Shown: in pieces, positions 1 to 13,453 of the stretch | Position numbering within the stretch: position 1 is the stretch's first letter | Layout: each line of letters begins with the position of its first letter | Notes under the pieces: generated by a model | Database searches by the model: none | The model's input: the letters and a program-made list of their open reading frames with translations, nothing else | What the model was told of the DNA's origin: nothing | Assembly (NCBI GenBank): GCA_950097015.1 | Contig: CATNEN010000037.1 | Span: 372,001 to 436,000, forward strand | DNA length: 64,000 nucleotides | Direction: 5' to 3' | Origin: Macrostomum hystrix | Taxonomy: Eukaryota; Animalia; Platyhelminthes | Translations under genes and position numbers: made by a program

Positions 1-3000
1 TCAGTGGCTTCTGAATCCGCGCCAAGTCTTCGATCTAACGAGCTGCGGCGGGCCGCGACGAGCTCTGGAACTGTACAGAGCCGCGCCGAATCTGCGGATT
101 CTCGTGTGCGGCGGCGACGGCACTGTTGGCTGGGTGCTCTCTGCCATAGACAGTCTGGGAATCGAGCCCAGACCGCCGGTGGCAATTCTGCCGTTGGGCA
201 CAGGCAATGACCTGGCCAGGACGCTCTGCTGGGGCGGCGGCTACGCAGAGGAGCCACTGACCAAAGTGCTCTGCTGCGTTGAGGAGGGCCAGGTGGCTCA
301 GCTGGATCGGTTTGTGATCAGGGATTCTGCTTCTGGGATAAGGAGTCAACAAGCTGGATTTTGAAATTCTAGATTTAGTTATCGTAATTATAGGATTTGC
401 TATATTTAAACTTAGGTTTCTTAAATTGGAATTTCTTGAATTGCGTTTTTAGAAATCGAGGTTTCAGGATTCTGGAAGGTATTATGGGATTATGGGATTT
501 AACCGGATTTAAACTCTGGAATTAAATTCCAGAAGAATGAAACCTGGTCAGAGTATCTGGTCGCAAAAACCACCAATATCGGCGTAATTCTTCTGCTCAC
601 AAAATTGTCCTTCAGTTTGAGAGCTATGGGGAAGTAGGCAGTGGTTTCTTGAAATACCGCCGTGGTCTTTCTCCAGGGGGAAAAATAGCGCGATCTTTCT
701 ACTGCTCAGGATAGTAGTGAATTTTTATCAAAAGAGATTTTAATAAACTTCTTCCAAGCGCTTCACTTCGCTCCATTCTTTGACAGCTGGAACATCAGCT
801 TCGCAGCTAATCCCAGCTGCTCGATCCCAACTTCCCCAAACGACGCCGAGGTCGCGTTAACATCCGATCGGCCACAGTTGAACGTGTTCAACAACTACTT
901 TAGCCTGGGCGCCGATGCGGCTGTCGCACTCGAGTTTCACGAGTCAAGAGGTGAGATTTAATCATTAACAGTCGGAATTGTCAGGTACGAGCGTATAACT
1001 GGTTTAGGCTGATGGGTTGCCTACTAACTGTCTCGACTCGAAAACCGATTTTTCGTTTTCAAAAAATGTTCGGCAATCTTGATTAGGTATATTTTTTGCT
1101 TTAATTAATTTCAGAGGCTAACCCGGAGAGGTTCAACAGCCGTCTGCGCAACATGATGTTTTACGCTGGGGTGGGTGCTGGTTCCCTGACTTTGTCAGTC
1201 CAATTACTTAATCGTCTATTACAGATTGCTTCGTGTCAAGTCTTAGATAAAAAAATTTCCCCCATAATTAAAGTTGAACATTTTTCCTCACGCCATTTTT
1301 GTTGCAGGAAGGCTCGAGATCCGTCATCACAAGACAGTGGAGAGATTTGAGCCAGTTGATTAGCCTGGAGGTAAACTGACAGTGTGGATGCTGCTCCTCT
1401 CTTTTGTCTATGGCCTGACCCTAATCGCCAAGCGGTGAACGCCAAGCACAAACTGTTGAACCCAACCCCCCGGAGCAAAGCGAGTTCAAGCTTGTAAAAA
1501 GCGTATTAAATTTCAATAGGGATTGTCGCCATTTTGATGTCTCCTCTTTGGTTAATTTGCACTCTTTTATCTGTTCCAATCTTCGCTATTTGTGTCTAAA
1601 CTTGCTCTCTAACTCGGCCCTTGATCTCTCTCTTTATGCCGCCTTATGATTGGTCCGTCTCTCCCCCTTCTAGCCTCTGTCTCTTACCCCCAGACGCGCT
1701 CTCTTGTTATTGCACCGCCAACCCCCTCCAGTCAGTCCGACTTTAGTAGAAATATCTCTTACCCCCCCATACGCGCACTATCTCACTCTCTTGTTATTGC
1801 ACCGCCAACCCCCTCCAGTCAGTCCGACTTTAGTAGAAATATCTCTTACCCCCCCATACGCGCACTATCTCACTCTCTTGTTATTGCACCGCCAACCCCC
1901 TCCAGTCAGTCCGACTTTAGTAGAAATATCTCTTACCCCCCCCCATACGCGCACTATCTCACTCTCTTGTTATTGCACCGCCAACCCCCCTCTAGTCAGT
2001 CCGACTTTAGTAGATAAAAGATTTATATCATATCCGCAGTGCGACGGTGTCAACTACACGGACAGGATTCGTGATCTGCGAGCCACTTCAATATTGTTTC
2101 TAAACATCTGCAAGTACAGCGCCGGCACCGCACCCTGGGGTAGCCCGAACTTCTCGCAGGGCTTCGAGCCTCAGCGCTTCGACGATGGCAGCGTGGAAGT
2201 AATCGGTTTCAGCTCTAGCCATCTGGCAAGACCTACTTAAAAAACACATGAATTTCATTCCATCTTGTCTGCTGCAAGCTAATCATAAATTATCCCAACA
2301 CTTCCTTGCTTAGGCCACGGTACAAATGGGAGGTCACGGCCATAGACTGTGCCAATGCAGGACTGCTCGAATCCTTACTCTGAGAGCCATCCCAATCCAG
2401 GTGGGCGCTTAGAAACTGTCGATCATGACACGAAAGTCAACGCGCCAGAAAATTTTAATTACGGTCCTGAAATTTCAGAAAGATCGCAGTTAAAGAAAGA
2501 TTAAGAAAACATCGCAGTAATCCTTGAGAAATCCCAGAAGATTCTATAAACCTTGAGAAATCCCAGATCGAGGATTCTATAAACCTTGAGAAATCCCAGA
2601 AGATTCTATAAACCCTGAGAAATCCCAGAAGATTCTATAAACCTTGAGAAATCCCAGAAGATTCTATAAACCTTGAGAAATCCCAGAAGATTCTATAAAC
2701 CTTGAGAAATCCCAGAAGATTCTATAAACCTTGAGAAATCCCAAAAGATTCTATAAACCTTGAGAAATCCCAGAAGATTTTATAAACCTTGAGAAATCCC
2801 AGAAGATTTTATAAACCTTGAGAAATCCCAGAAGATTCTATAAACCTTGAGAAATCCCAGAAGATTCTATAAACCTTGAGAAATTTCAGAAGATTCTATA
2901 TACCCTGAGAAATCCCAGAAGATTCTATAAGCCTTGAGAAATCCCAGAAGATTCTATAAACCTTGAGAAATCCCAGAAGATTCTATATACCCTGAGAAAT

Positions 3001-6000
3001 CCCAGAAGATTCTATAAACCTTGAGAAATCCCAGAAGATTCTATAAACCCTGAGAAATCCCAGAAGATTCTATAAACCTTGAGAAATCCCAGAAGATTCT
3101 ATAAACCTTGAGAAATCCCAGAAGATTCTATAAACCTTGAGAAATCCCAGAATATTCTATAAACCTTGAGAAATCCCAGAAGATTCTATAAACCTTGAGA
3201 AATCCCAGAAGATTCTATAAACCCTGAGAAATCCCAGAAGATTCTATAAACCTTGAGAAATCCCAGAGGATTCTATAAACCCTGAGAAATCCCAGAAGAT
3301 TCTATAAACCCTGAGAAATCCCAGAAGATTCTATAAACCTTGAGAAATCCCAGAGGATTCTATAAACCCTGAGAAATCCCAGAAGATTCTATAAACCTTG
3401 AGAAATCCCAGAAGATTCTATAAACCTTGAGAAATCCCAGAAGATTTTAGACACCTTGAGAAGTCCCAACATCCAAAGTTTTTCCGGCTTGTGATACGGC
3501 AAATAGAAAATAAAATAATCATTTTGTTTGATCAGATCGACGGCGAACCTTGGCGCCTGCCGCCCTCAACCATCGAGATTTCGTGGCGGAATCGAGCTCG
3601 GGTTGTTCTGAAGCCAAAGCGAAGAGGCAGCATACCATCGCTGGCTGAGTGAGTCGAAAAGTTCTCAGTAAATTTAAAACTAAAATTTTGACAATGGTAA
3701 TAAGAAAACTAATTAAGTATTTAGTATTTAGCGCTTCATTCAATTGAAATCTTGCATGGCAGGATGAAAGTGAGCATGTTAATGGAAAAAAAACATTTTA
3801 AAACGTAGAAGCTCGTATTTGACCAAGCCGCAGTGGGATTTGGGTAAATTTCAGAAAATTTGTGACAAAAGGAGTATGACAAAGGTTGACGGTGTGATGG
3901 AGGATGAGAGAGTGTGATGGGGGTGAGAGAGTGAGATGCAGGGTTAGAGAGTGAGATGCAGGGTGAGAGAGTGAGATGCAGGGTAAGAGAGTGAGATGCA
4001 GGGTGAGAGAGTGAGATGCAGGGTGAGAGAGCAAAGAGAAAATTTACAAATATTGTGGCGCACATCGCAGTAACAACCCACAATGGAATCTGGCGGGTCA
4101 CTTTGACTCTATTAGGAACATGATAGACAGGGTCCTGCTCACTAAATTGCACTTCTAATCTGAGGTGGTGGTCAAGTCCACCCTTTCGCTGAACTTTGTG
4201 TCCTTCTCTTTGACCGCAGCAACTTCAGCTATGTTAGAGTTTTTGGAGCGTAAATTGAGGCATAGCTCTAAATCCGCTTTAGTCTATGAGGGCCGAAAGA
4301 GGGTAGTGACCAATTGCGGGGCTTAAGCCTGTTGTGTTCGCTCGTTTTAGCCCAAAACTAACTGCCACTTCTACTCTTTTATTCGGTCGCAATGTGGACA
4401 AGAGAAAAAATGGTCAACCTTATTCGATATTAGTTTACAAGCCTCGACCTCTTATATCCTTAGAGTTTAGGGGAAAAATCGTTGAGCACTAGGATGTGAT
4501 TAAATCCCTTTGAGCTTGTCACCCCCCGAAAATTGGGGATATAGCTTGAATAGAGCTTAAAAAAATAGCTGGAATGCCACTTTGATGAAGCTTTGAAAAA
4601 GCTCGGATAAAGCTTGGATAAAGCTTGGATAAAGCTCGAATACAGCTCAGATAAAGCTTGGATAAAGCTTGGATAAAACTTGGATAAAACTCGGATAAAG
4701 CTTGGATAAAGATTGCATAAAGATTGGATAAAGATTGGATAAAGCTTGGATAAAACTCAGATAAAGCTCGGATAAAGCTTGGATAAAACTCGGATAAAGC
4801 TTGGATAAAGATTGGATAAAGCTTGGATAAAGATTGGATAAAGATTGGATAAAGATTGGATAAAGCTCGGATAAAGCTTGGATAAAGATTGGATAAAGCT
4901 TGGATAAAGCTCAGATTGAACTCGGATAAAGCTCGGATAAAGATTGTATAAAGCTTGGATAAAGCTTGTATAAAACTTGGATAAAGCTTGTATAAAACTT
5001 GGATAAAGCTAGGATAAAGCTAGGATAAAGCTTGGATAAAGCTTGGATAAAGCTTGGATAGAGCTTGGATAGAGCTTGGATAAAACTCAGATAAAGCTTG
5101 GATAAAGCTTGGATAAAACTCAGATAAAACTCGGATAAAGATTGTATAAAGCTTGGATAAAGCTTGTATAAAACTTGGATAAAGCTTGTATAAAACTTGG
5201 ATAAAACTTGGATAAAACTCGGATAAAGCTAGGATAAAGCTTGGATAAAGCTTGGATAAAGCTTGTATAAAACTTGGATAAAGCTTGTATAAAACTCAGA
5301 TAAAACTCGGATAAAGCTAGGATAAAGCTTGGATAAAGCTTGGATAAAGCTTGTATAAAACTTGGATAAAGCTTGTATAAAACTTGGATAAAACTTGGAT
5401 AAAACTCGGATAAAGCTAGGATAAAGCTTGGATAAAGCTTGGATAGAGCTTGGATAGAGCTTGGATGTTGTTCTGAAGCTAGTTGATTCAGTAATTGAGT
5501 TCCTTCTGCCCAATTCTTTCTCCAGCGCGCCGCAGCGGATTCAGTCGCACTTTCGTCGGCTGAGAATTCAGGTGTCCATCGTGTCCATGGATGATTTTCT
5601 GAGGCTGCAGTTTGATAAGACCAGCCTGATGAGGGCTTGTAAGTTGCTCGAATTCAATTAAAATGCTCCCACTTACACAGATTTAACCTTTTATTAGTTA
5701 AAAAAAGTTTTCAATTTGTTCACCTTGCAAATTTACTTAGTTTGTTTTTTTCGTAGATTTAAATAGTACCAAAGTTCGATTCACTCTACTTTCAGCCTAT
5801 CCACTGGGCATCGTACTGGTAGAGGCCGACGCCAGTCTTAGTCGCGTTCGAATGCAAGTCAACAGAATTCAACAGGTGAACAGCAATTACAAATACTATA
5901 ACTACTATAATTTGCTACTGCAGGTGGACTTCTGTCGGGTATTGAGTGTTGGACTGGTAGTAATTTATTAATAATATTAATAATAATACTAGTTGCAGGA

Positions 6001-6917
6001 GGGCTGCGGGAAATGGCACATCATTTGGTGACACTAGACCCGCAGCCAGCGAGGATGCAATTCCGCCCATTCCGCTGACTCGTGAGCACATTAAAGAGAG
6101 CAGATGTACACACTTGTGTGAGTGTGTTCCTGTGTACAGTATCTGTGTGTATGGGTAGAATTGCCTCCTCGCTGTGTCGATTCCTGGTTTCCAACTATAT
6201 ATTATCCTATTTTCAACTATTAATACCCAAGGAAAGATCACAGGGTATTTCAGATACCCAGTGCCTACTCCACGATAGCTCCCAAACCGAATGACCGATT
6301 TCCGTGAAAGTCCTCGAAATTTTTCAAACATTTTCAACCCTTTACGATAAACTTACTTCAAAGCCGTCCGAAAAATTCTAACCTGTTATTCTATATTTTA
6401 GGAAAGACAGGAAAAATGTGGGTTCTTGAAATATCTCTGTAGTCCTTCTACTGTTGATCGGATTTTCAATCGAAAAAAATCAATGGACACATTATTCAGG
6501 AGTTTAGCAACTTCGGCAGGGACAAGCAGTTTCGCCTGGACGACAACTGGCAGTTTCTTGACTGTAAGTGTGCAGTTTGACTGCGCTAATAAGTGATTGA
6601 AATGTTTAAAAATGTGTGTGCTACAAAATATTTTAAAGTACATTCGATTCGTTATGCAACCTTGCATAACAATTTTTTCTTTATACATTCGCTGTGTACA
6701 TTACTTAAAGGACGGTTGAGTATGTGTATCGCTACTAGACTGGCTGTTTAAGTCGCCCACCCACCCACCTCCGCTGTGGCCCGCAGCCACCACAACGGAT
6801 CGCTTCTTTCGCATTGACCGGCAACAGGAACCGCTTAGATTGGTTGGCGAGTTGAGCTCCGAGGACCTGTACCTGGTGGCAACTACTCAGTCAGCCGCAG
6901 CGATGACCTCCGACTAG
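1..6917 (+). CDS. dgkz: Diacylglycerol kinase, type IV (DGK zeta/iota, RdgA-like), 5'-partial. Exons: <1-309, 787-950, 1115-1170, 1308-1370, 2040-2225, 2314-2400, 3536-3648, 5526-5638, 5796-5875, 6500-6563, 6787-6917
   Basis: Exons join in phase. Catalytic domain [32 protein letters not shown]. Accessory domain [34 protein letters not shown], then [28 protein letters not shown]. The type IV-specific [15 protein letters not shown] and [10 protein letters not shown] segments follow. All introns are GT-AG except 2226-2313 (GC-AG). Stop TAG at 6915-6917. Confidence 0.93.
1680..2012. repeat. Tandem repeat, ~87-bp unit, ~3.7 copies (DGK intron)
   Basis: CTCTCTTGTTATTGCACCGCCAACCCCCTCCAGTCAGTCCGACTTTAGTAGAAATATC... 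recurs at ~87-bp spacing. Confidence 0.9.
2521..3460. repeat. Minisatellite, 29-bp unit (DGK intron)
   Basis: (CCTTGAGAAATCCCAGAAGATTCTATAAA)n. Confidence 0.95.
3905..4031. repeat. Minisatellite, 20-bp unit
   Basis: (GGGTGAGAGAGTGAGATGCA)n. Confidence 0.85.
4600..5466. repeat. Minisatellite, 11-bp unit (DGK intron)
   Basis: (GGATAAAGCTT)n with variants. Confidence 0.95.
5993..6172. mobile_element. Two partial SINE-A copies in opposite orientation (5993-6090 minus, 6095-6172 plus) in a DGK intron
   Basis: GCGAGGATGCAATTCCGCCCAT and ATGGGTAGAATTGCCTCCTCGC are near reverse complements; both match the SINE-A body/tail 2. Confidence 0.7.
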
Positions 6918-7099
6918 CGACAAGTTTCTGTCGAGTCCGAACAATTTTTTAATTCCTTATCATATTGTCCTTATCCCATTCCGATGGTTTGTTTGTTCTA
7001 CATTGAGTTTTCTTCTGCCCATAATCTAACTTAGATGGGTTCCATAGTGACTGAGTACGTCTCAGTGCAATAGTACACATTCTAAAAGTTCACAGTCCA

Positions 7100-7439
7100 T
7101 TGGTTTAATAATAATCCATATTGGTTTAATAATAATCCATATTGATTTAATAATAATCCATATTGGTTTAATAATAATCCATATTGGTTTAATAATAATC
7201 CATATTGGTTTAATAATAATCCATATTGGTTTATTAATAATCCATATTGATTTAATAATAATCCATATTGGTTTAATAATAATCCATATTGGTTTAATAA
7301 TAATCCATATTGGTTTAATAATAATCCATATTGATTTAATAATAATCCATATTGGTTTAATAATAATCCATATTGGTTTAATAATAATCCATATTGGTTT
7401 AATAATAATCCATATTGGTTTAATAATAATCCATATTGG
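7100..7439. repeat. Minisatellite, 21-bp unit
   Basis: (ATCCATATTGGTTTAATAATA)n. Confidence 0.95.
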
Positions 7440-8299
7440 TCTTTGCCACCCAGACACCCCGACGAGAATCGTTGAATATCTCGACGCTGTCAATGTTTTG
7501 TGATTCTGTAAGTTTTTTCATCAAAAAAAGCGGAAAATTTTTGCCAGAAAAATGTGTGTATTTGAGATACCCTCTACTGATTTTCTACTAGGCCCTAACT
7601 AATAGTACACAGTGAAACAGGTTTGTAGACAGAATATTATTTTTCGAGAAGCAGTTTTGATGTCCCATTCCTAACTTAGGTAAGAGGCTTAAACACAATC
7701 GCCCTAAAACTAGTAGAGGCACATGTGATTCTCTGATGTCAGTGTGAGAGCTGTTTTGTCATTTTCACGAGAGAATTTCCTTTGCCAGTTTTCCTCTCAA
7801 ATCTGTTATCTTATCTTATCTTTCAGCATGTGCTCTAAATAATCGGAAGTCTTTTTAGATTCAAGTCAAAGAGATTTTTATTTTTCTTTTCGCTAATCTA
7901 TCTTTGTTTCGGATATTGTTATGGCATATGAAGTTATTCTGTTATCCCGAAAACACAGCTGCATACTTTGTTAATAATTCATAAAAATATTTACGAATGC
8001 ATGTGGCTCTCTAAAAAACATTTTTTGTGAAATAGCGTTACCAAAACAAAACAATACATTTTTGTTTGCTTTTGTTTTTTCTTGATCTTCGCAGAAATTA
8101 CATCTAGTTACATATACAACAAGTGGCACAACTGTTCAGTCTGTGTACTGGGAAATCGCCAATTTTTGCAGGCCAATTTTAAACTGAAGATGGAATAATG
8201 CATCTCAGAATACCAGCAGGTCTGTTGCAAAATAGTTATTTTTATTTGGAATCTACGCTGTTGACTGAAATCTAAATTCAGTACTGCTAAGACTGCACT

Positions 8300-9492
8300 A
8301 GCTGTCACACAGTCAGTGATTGAGCTGATTCACACTGATTCACACAGTCAGTGATTGAGCTGATTCACACTGATTCACACAGTCAGTGATTGAGCTGATT
8401 CACACTGATTCACACAGTCAGTGATTGAGCTGACTCACACTGATTCACACAGTCAGTGATTGAGCTGATTCACACAGTCAGTGATTGAGCTGATTCACAC
8501 AGACTGAACTGGCTGTCACACAGTCAGTGATTGAGCTGATTCACACAGACTGAACTGGCTGTCACACAGTCAGTGATTGAGCTGATTCACACAGACTGAA
8601 CTGGCTGTCACACAGTCAGTGATTGAGCTGATTCACACAGACTGAACTGGCTGTCACACAGTCAGTGATTGAGCTGATTCACACAGACTGAACTGGCTGT
8701 CACACAGTCAATTATTGAGCTGATTCACACAGTCAGTGATTGAGCTGATTCACACAGTCAGTGATTGAGCTGATTCACACAGTCAGTGATTGAGCTGATT
8801 CACACAGTCAGTGATTGAGCTGATTCACACAGACTGAACTGGCTGTCACACAGTCAATTATTGAGCTGATTCACACAGTCAGTGATTGAGCTGATTCACA
8901 CAGTCAGTGATTGAGCTGATTCACACAGACTGAACTGGCTGTCACACAGTCAGTGATTGAGCTGATTCACACAGACTGAACTGGCTGTCACACAGTCAGT
9001 GATTGAGCTGATTCACACAGACTGAACTGGCTGTCACACAGTCAATTATTGAGCTGATTCACACAGTCAGTGATTGAGCTGATTCACACAGTCAGTGATT
9101 GAGCTGATTCACACAGTCAGTGATTGAGCTGATTCACACAGTCAGTGATTGAGCTGATTCACACAGTCAGTGATTGAGCTGATTCACACAGACTGAACTG
9201 GCTGTCACACAGTCAATTATTGAGCTGATTCACACAGTCAGTGATTGAGCTGATTCACACAGTCAGTGATTGAGCTGATTCACACAGACTGAACTGGCTG
9301 TCACACAGTCAGTGATTGAGCTGATTCACACAGACTGAACTGGCTGTCACACAGTCAGTGATTGAGCTGATTCACACAGACTGAACTGGCTGTCACACAG
9401 TCAGTGATTGAGCTGATTCACACAGACTGAACTGGCTGTCACACAGTCAGTGATTGAGCTGATTCACACAGACTGAACTGGCTGTCACACAG
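8300..9492. repeat. Compound minisatellite of 25-bp and 21-bp units
   Basis: CACACAGTCAGTGATTGAGCTGATT interleaved with CACACAGACTGAACTGGCTGT. Confidence 0.93.
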
Positions 9493-9939
9493 TGTACAAA
9501 CAATGGCCCCAGTTTAAGTTTTAATAAGGCAACAAAGTTATCGCCTACTAAGTCTCACATCTCGTCACAAATATTTACTTAGATGACCCCGCTGCTCGTA
9601 TGCATCGATTTACGAAAACGCAAGGAACGGAGGGAGTGTTATTGGCAGGAGCAGCTGTGCAAAATGAAGACTTCTAATAAGCTACTTCGTTGAGGATTAA
9701 GAGTAGAAGAGAGATTTACTTCCCATTGGATTTTCTAGCTGAGAGACAGGGTAAAACATTTCGGGGCTTTGAATAATAATCCTACTTCAACCGTTTGCGG
9801 CTTAACCGTAGCGAACAATCGCAAAGTAGTGGCGATAATGGCCATAATAAAGTACAGGAGCAGGTACACACGCCAAAGAGAAGCGAAGAAAATATTTTCT
9901 AATGCTAGCTAGGTTTGAAGATCGAAATAATCTATTAAA

Positions 9940-11478
9940 TTTGGTACACTGAGTTACAGTTGATATTCTGAGTGACAGTTGGTACACTGAGTGACAGTTG
10001 GTACACTGAGTGACAGTTGGTACACTGAGCGACAGTTGGTACACTGAGTTACAGTTGGTACTCTGAGTTACAGTTGGTACACTGAGTTACAGTTGGTACA
10101 CTGAGTGACAGTCGGTACACTGAGTGACAGTTGGAACACTGAGCGACAGTCGGTACACTGAGTGACAGTTGGAACACTGAGTGACAGTTGGAACACTGAG
10201 TGACAGTTGGAGCACTGAGTGACAGTTGGAGCACTGAGTGACATTTAATTGGTACACTGAGTGACAGTTGGAGCACTGAGTGACAGTTGGAGCACTGAGT
10301 GACAGTTGGAACACTGAGCGACAGTCGGTACACTGAGTGACAGTTAATTGGTACATCGAGTGACAGTCGGTACACTGAGTGACAGTTGGAACACTGAGTG
10401 ACAGTTGGAACACTGAGTGACAGTCGGTACACTGAGTGACAGTTGGTACACTGATCGACTGGTTGTATACCGAGTGACAGTTGGTACACTGATCGACAGT
10501 TGGTACACTGAGTGACAGTCGGTACACTGAGCGACAGTTGGTACACTGAGTGACAGTCGGTACACTGAGTGACAGTTGGAACACTGAGTGACAGTTGGTA
10601 CACTGAGTGACAGTTGGTACACTGAGCGACAGTTGGTACACTGAGTTACAGTTGATATTCTGAGTGACAGTTGGTACACTGAGTGACAGTTGGTACACTG
10701 AGTGACAGTTGGTACACTGAGCGACAGTTGGTACACTGAGTTACAGTTGGTACTCTGAGTTACAGTTGGTACACTGAGTTACAGTTGGTACACTGAGTGA
10801 CAGTCGGTACACTGAGTGACAGTTGGAACACTGAGCGACAGTCGGTACACTGAGTGACAGTTGGAACACTGAGTGACAGTTGGAACACTGAGTGACAGTT
10901 GGAGCACTGAGTGACAGTTGGAGCACTGAGTGACATTTAATTGGTACACTGAGTGACAGTTGGAGCACTGAGTGACAGTTGGAGCACTGAGTGACAGTTG
11001 GAACACTGAGCGACAGTCGGTACACTGAGTGACAGTTAATTGGTACATCGAGTGACAGTCGGTACACTGAGTGACAGTTGGAACACTGAGTGACAGTTGG
11101 AACACTGAGTGACAGTCGGTACACTGAGTGACAGTTGGTACACTGATCGACTGGTTGTATACCGAGTGACAGTTGGTACACTGATCGACAGTTGGTACAC
11201 TGAGTGACAGTCGGTACACTGAGCGACAGTTGGTACACTGAGTGACAGTCGGTACACTGAGTTACAGTTGGTACACTGAGTGACAGTCGGTACACTGAGT
11301 TACAGTTGGTACTCTGAGTGACAGTCGGTACACTGAGCGACAGTTGGTACACTGAGTGACAGTCGGTACACTGAGTGACAGTTAATTGGTACATCGAGTG
11401 ACAGTTGGTACACTGATCGACTGGTTGTATACCGAGTGACAGTCGGTACACTGATCGACAGTTGGTACACTGAGCAGT
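9940..11478. repeat. Minisatellite, 19-bp unit, with a 692-bp higher-order duplication
   Basis: (ACAGTTGGTACACTGAGTG)n; identical variant strings recur at offset 692. Confidence 0.93.
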
Positions 11479-11879
11479 TAATATTATTCTAAGATGAGAC
11501 GCAATCACCTTAAGCAGCCAGAATAGTACGATGAGGTTTTCCTATCGGAGCTGCTCAACAGTGAATTAGCATCTGCTGGCTAATTAATGGATTCTACGAA
11601 GTCTCAGCTTCTTATTGCGGTTTAATTTTACTAGGCTAAGAAAAAGTCCTAGGAAGTGTGTCGAAACGTTTTTTCGTAATTGATTTTCCTCGGGGACATG
11701 TGCGCGGGTCGCATGACAATCATCTTGAGCCAAACAGTTTTTTAGCTTTTTAGCTTTGGCAAAACAGTCAACAGATGATACAGGAACTTTTACAAAAAGC
11801 TGGCATTGTTTGACCAGTGTTACTCATCAGATTGCACCTGCTAATTAACCTTTTTAAGGCTCTCTAAGTCTCGTCTCTA

Positions 11880-13228
11880 AGATCCCAATCTCCTTAATAA
11901 TTGATCCCACTCTCCCTAATCATTGATCCCACTCTCCTTAATCATTGATCCCACTCTCCCTAATAATTAATCCCACTCTCCCTAATAATTAATCCCACTC
12001 TCCTTAATAATTGATCCCACTCTCCTTAATAATTGATCCCACTCTCCCTAATCATTGATCCCACTCTCCCTAATCATTGATCCCGCTCTCCTTAATCATT
12101 GATCCCACTCTCCCTAATCATTGATCCCACTCTCCCTAATCATTGATCCCACTCTCCCTAATCATTGATCCCGCTCTCACTAATCATTGATCCCGCTCTC
12201 ACTAATCATTGATCCCACTCTCCCTAATCATTGATCCCACTCTCCTTAATAATTGATCCCACTCTCCTTAATAATTGATCCCACTCTCCTTAATAATTGA
12301 TCCCACTCTCACTAATCATTGATCAACCTCTCCTTAATCATTGATCCCACTCTCACTAATCATTGATCCCACTCTCCTTAATAATTGATCCCACTCTCCC
12401 TAATGATTGATCCCACTCTCCCTAATCATTGATCCCACTCTCCCTAATCATTGATCCCGCTCTCCTTAATCATTGATCCCGCTCTCCTTAATCATTGATC
12501 CCACTCTCCCTAATCATTGATCCCACTCTCCCTAATCATTGATCCCACTCTCCTTAATAATTGATCCCACTCTCCATAATCATTGATCCCACTCTCCCTA
12601 ATCATTGATCCCACTCTCCCTAATTATTGATCCCGCTCTCACTAATCATTGATCCCACTCTCCTTAATAATTGATCCCACTCTCACTAATCATTGATCCC
12701 ACTCTCACTAATCATTGATCCCACTCTCACTAATCATTGATCCCGCTCTCACTAATCATTGATCCCACTCTCCTTAATAATTGATCCCACTCTCCCTAAT
12801 CATTGATCCCACTCTCCCTAATCATTGATCCCACTCTCCCTAATCATTGATCCCACTCTCCCTAATCATTGATCCCACTCTCCCTAATAATTGACCCCAC
12901 TCTCCTTAATAATTGATCCCACTCTCACTAATCATTGATCCCACTCTCACTAATCATTGATCCCACTCTCACTAATCATTGATCCCGCTCTCCTTAATCA
13001 TTGATCCCGCCCTCCCTAATAATTGATCCCACTCTCCTTAAAAAACTGATCCCACTCTCCTTAATAATTGATCCCACTCTCCTTAATCATTGATCCTAGT
13101 GTCTCAGTGATCCCACTGTCTCAGTGATCCCACTGTCCCAGTGATCTCAGTGATCCTAGTGTCTCAGTGATCCCACTGTCCCAGTGATCCCAGTGATCCC
13201 ACTGTCTCAGTGATCTAACTGTCTCAGC
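11880..13228. repeat. Minisatellite, 22-bp unit, grading into a shorter GATCCCACTGTCTCAGT-type unit at ~13090
   Basis: (GATCCCACTCTCCCTAATCATT)n. Confidence 0.93.
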
Positions 13229-13321
13229 AATGCTGCGACCTTTGTGTATCTAAACTCTAAATCGACACCGAAACTCTAAATCCACTGTCAGTAGAATTTT
13301 TCAGTACTTTAACGGCATCTT

Positions 13322-13352
13322 ATTGGTTGGAAATCTCAGCCAATCAAATCCG
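13322..13352 (+). promoter_or_regulatory. Candidate CCAAT-box promoter of the GnRH-type receptor gene
   Basis: ATTGG (13322) and AGCCAATCA (~13338-13346) lie ~110-130 bp upstream of the tentative first ATG at 13454. Confidence 0.3.
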
Positions 13353-13453
13353 GCGCTTTTCCTAACGCTGGGTTTTTTATATTTTTATGTGGGCTGGCAG
13401 ATGAAATCACTGTCCCTGTGTGAGAATCCTGCACTCTACCCTGCTCTGCCAGC

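Noticed and set aside
9588-9680. Possible ankyrin-start exon of DGK (VLLAGAAVQNEDF)
   Set aside because: The resemblance is faint, it is followed immediately by a stop, and there is no phase-compatible donor in the preceding exon.
9802-11508. Cys-rich ORFs resembling zinc-finger or metallothionein repeats
   Set aside because: They are frames of the 19-bp minisatellite.
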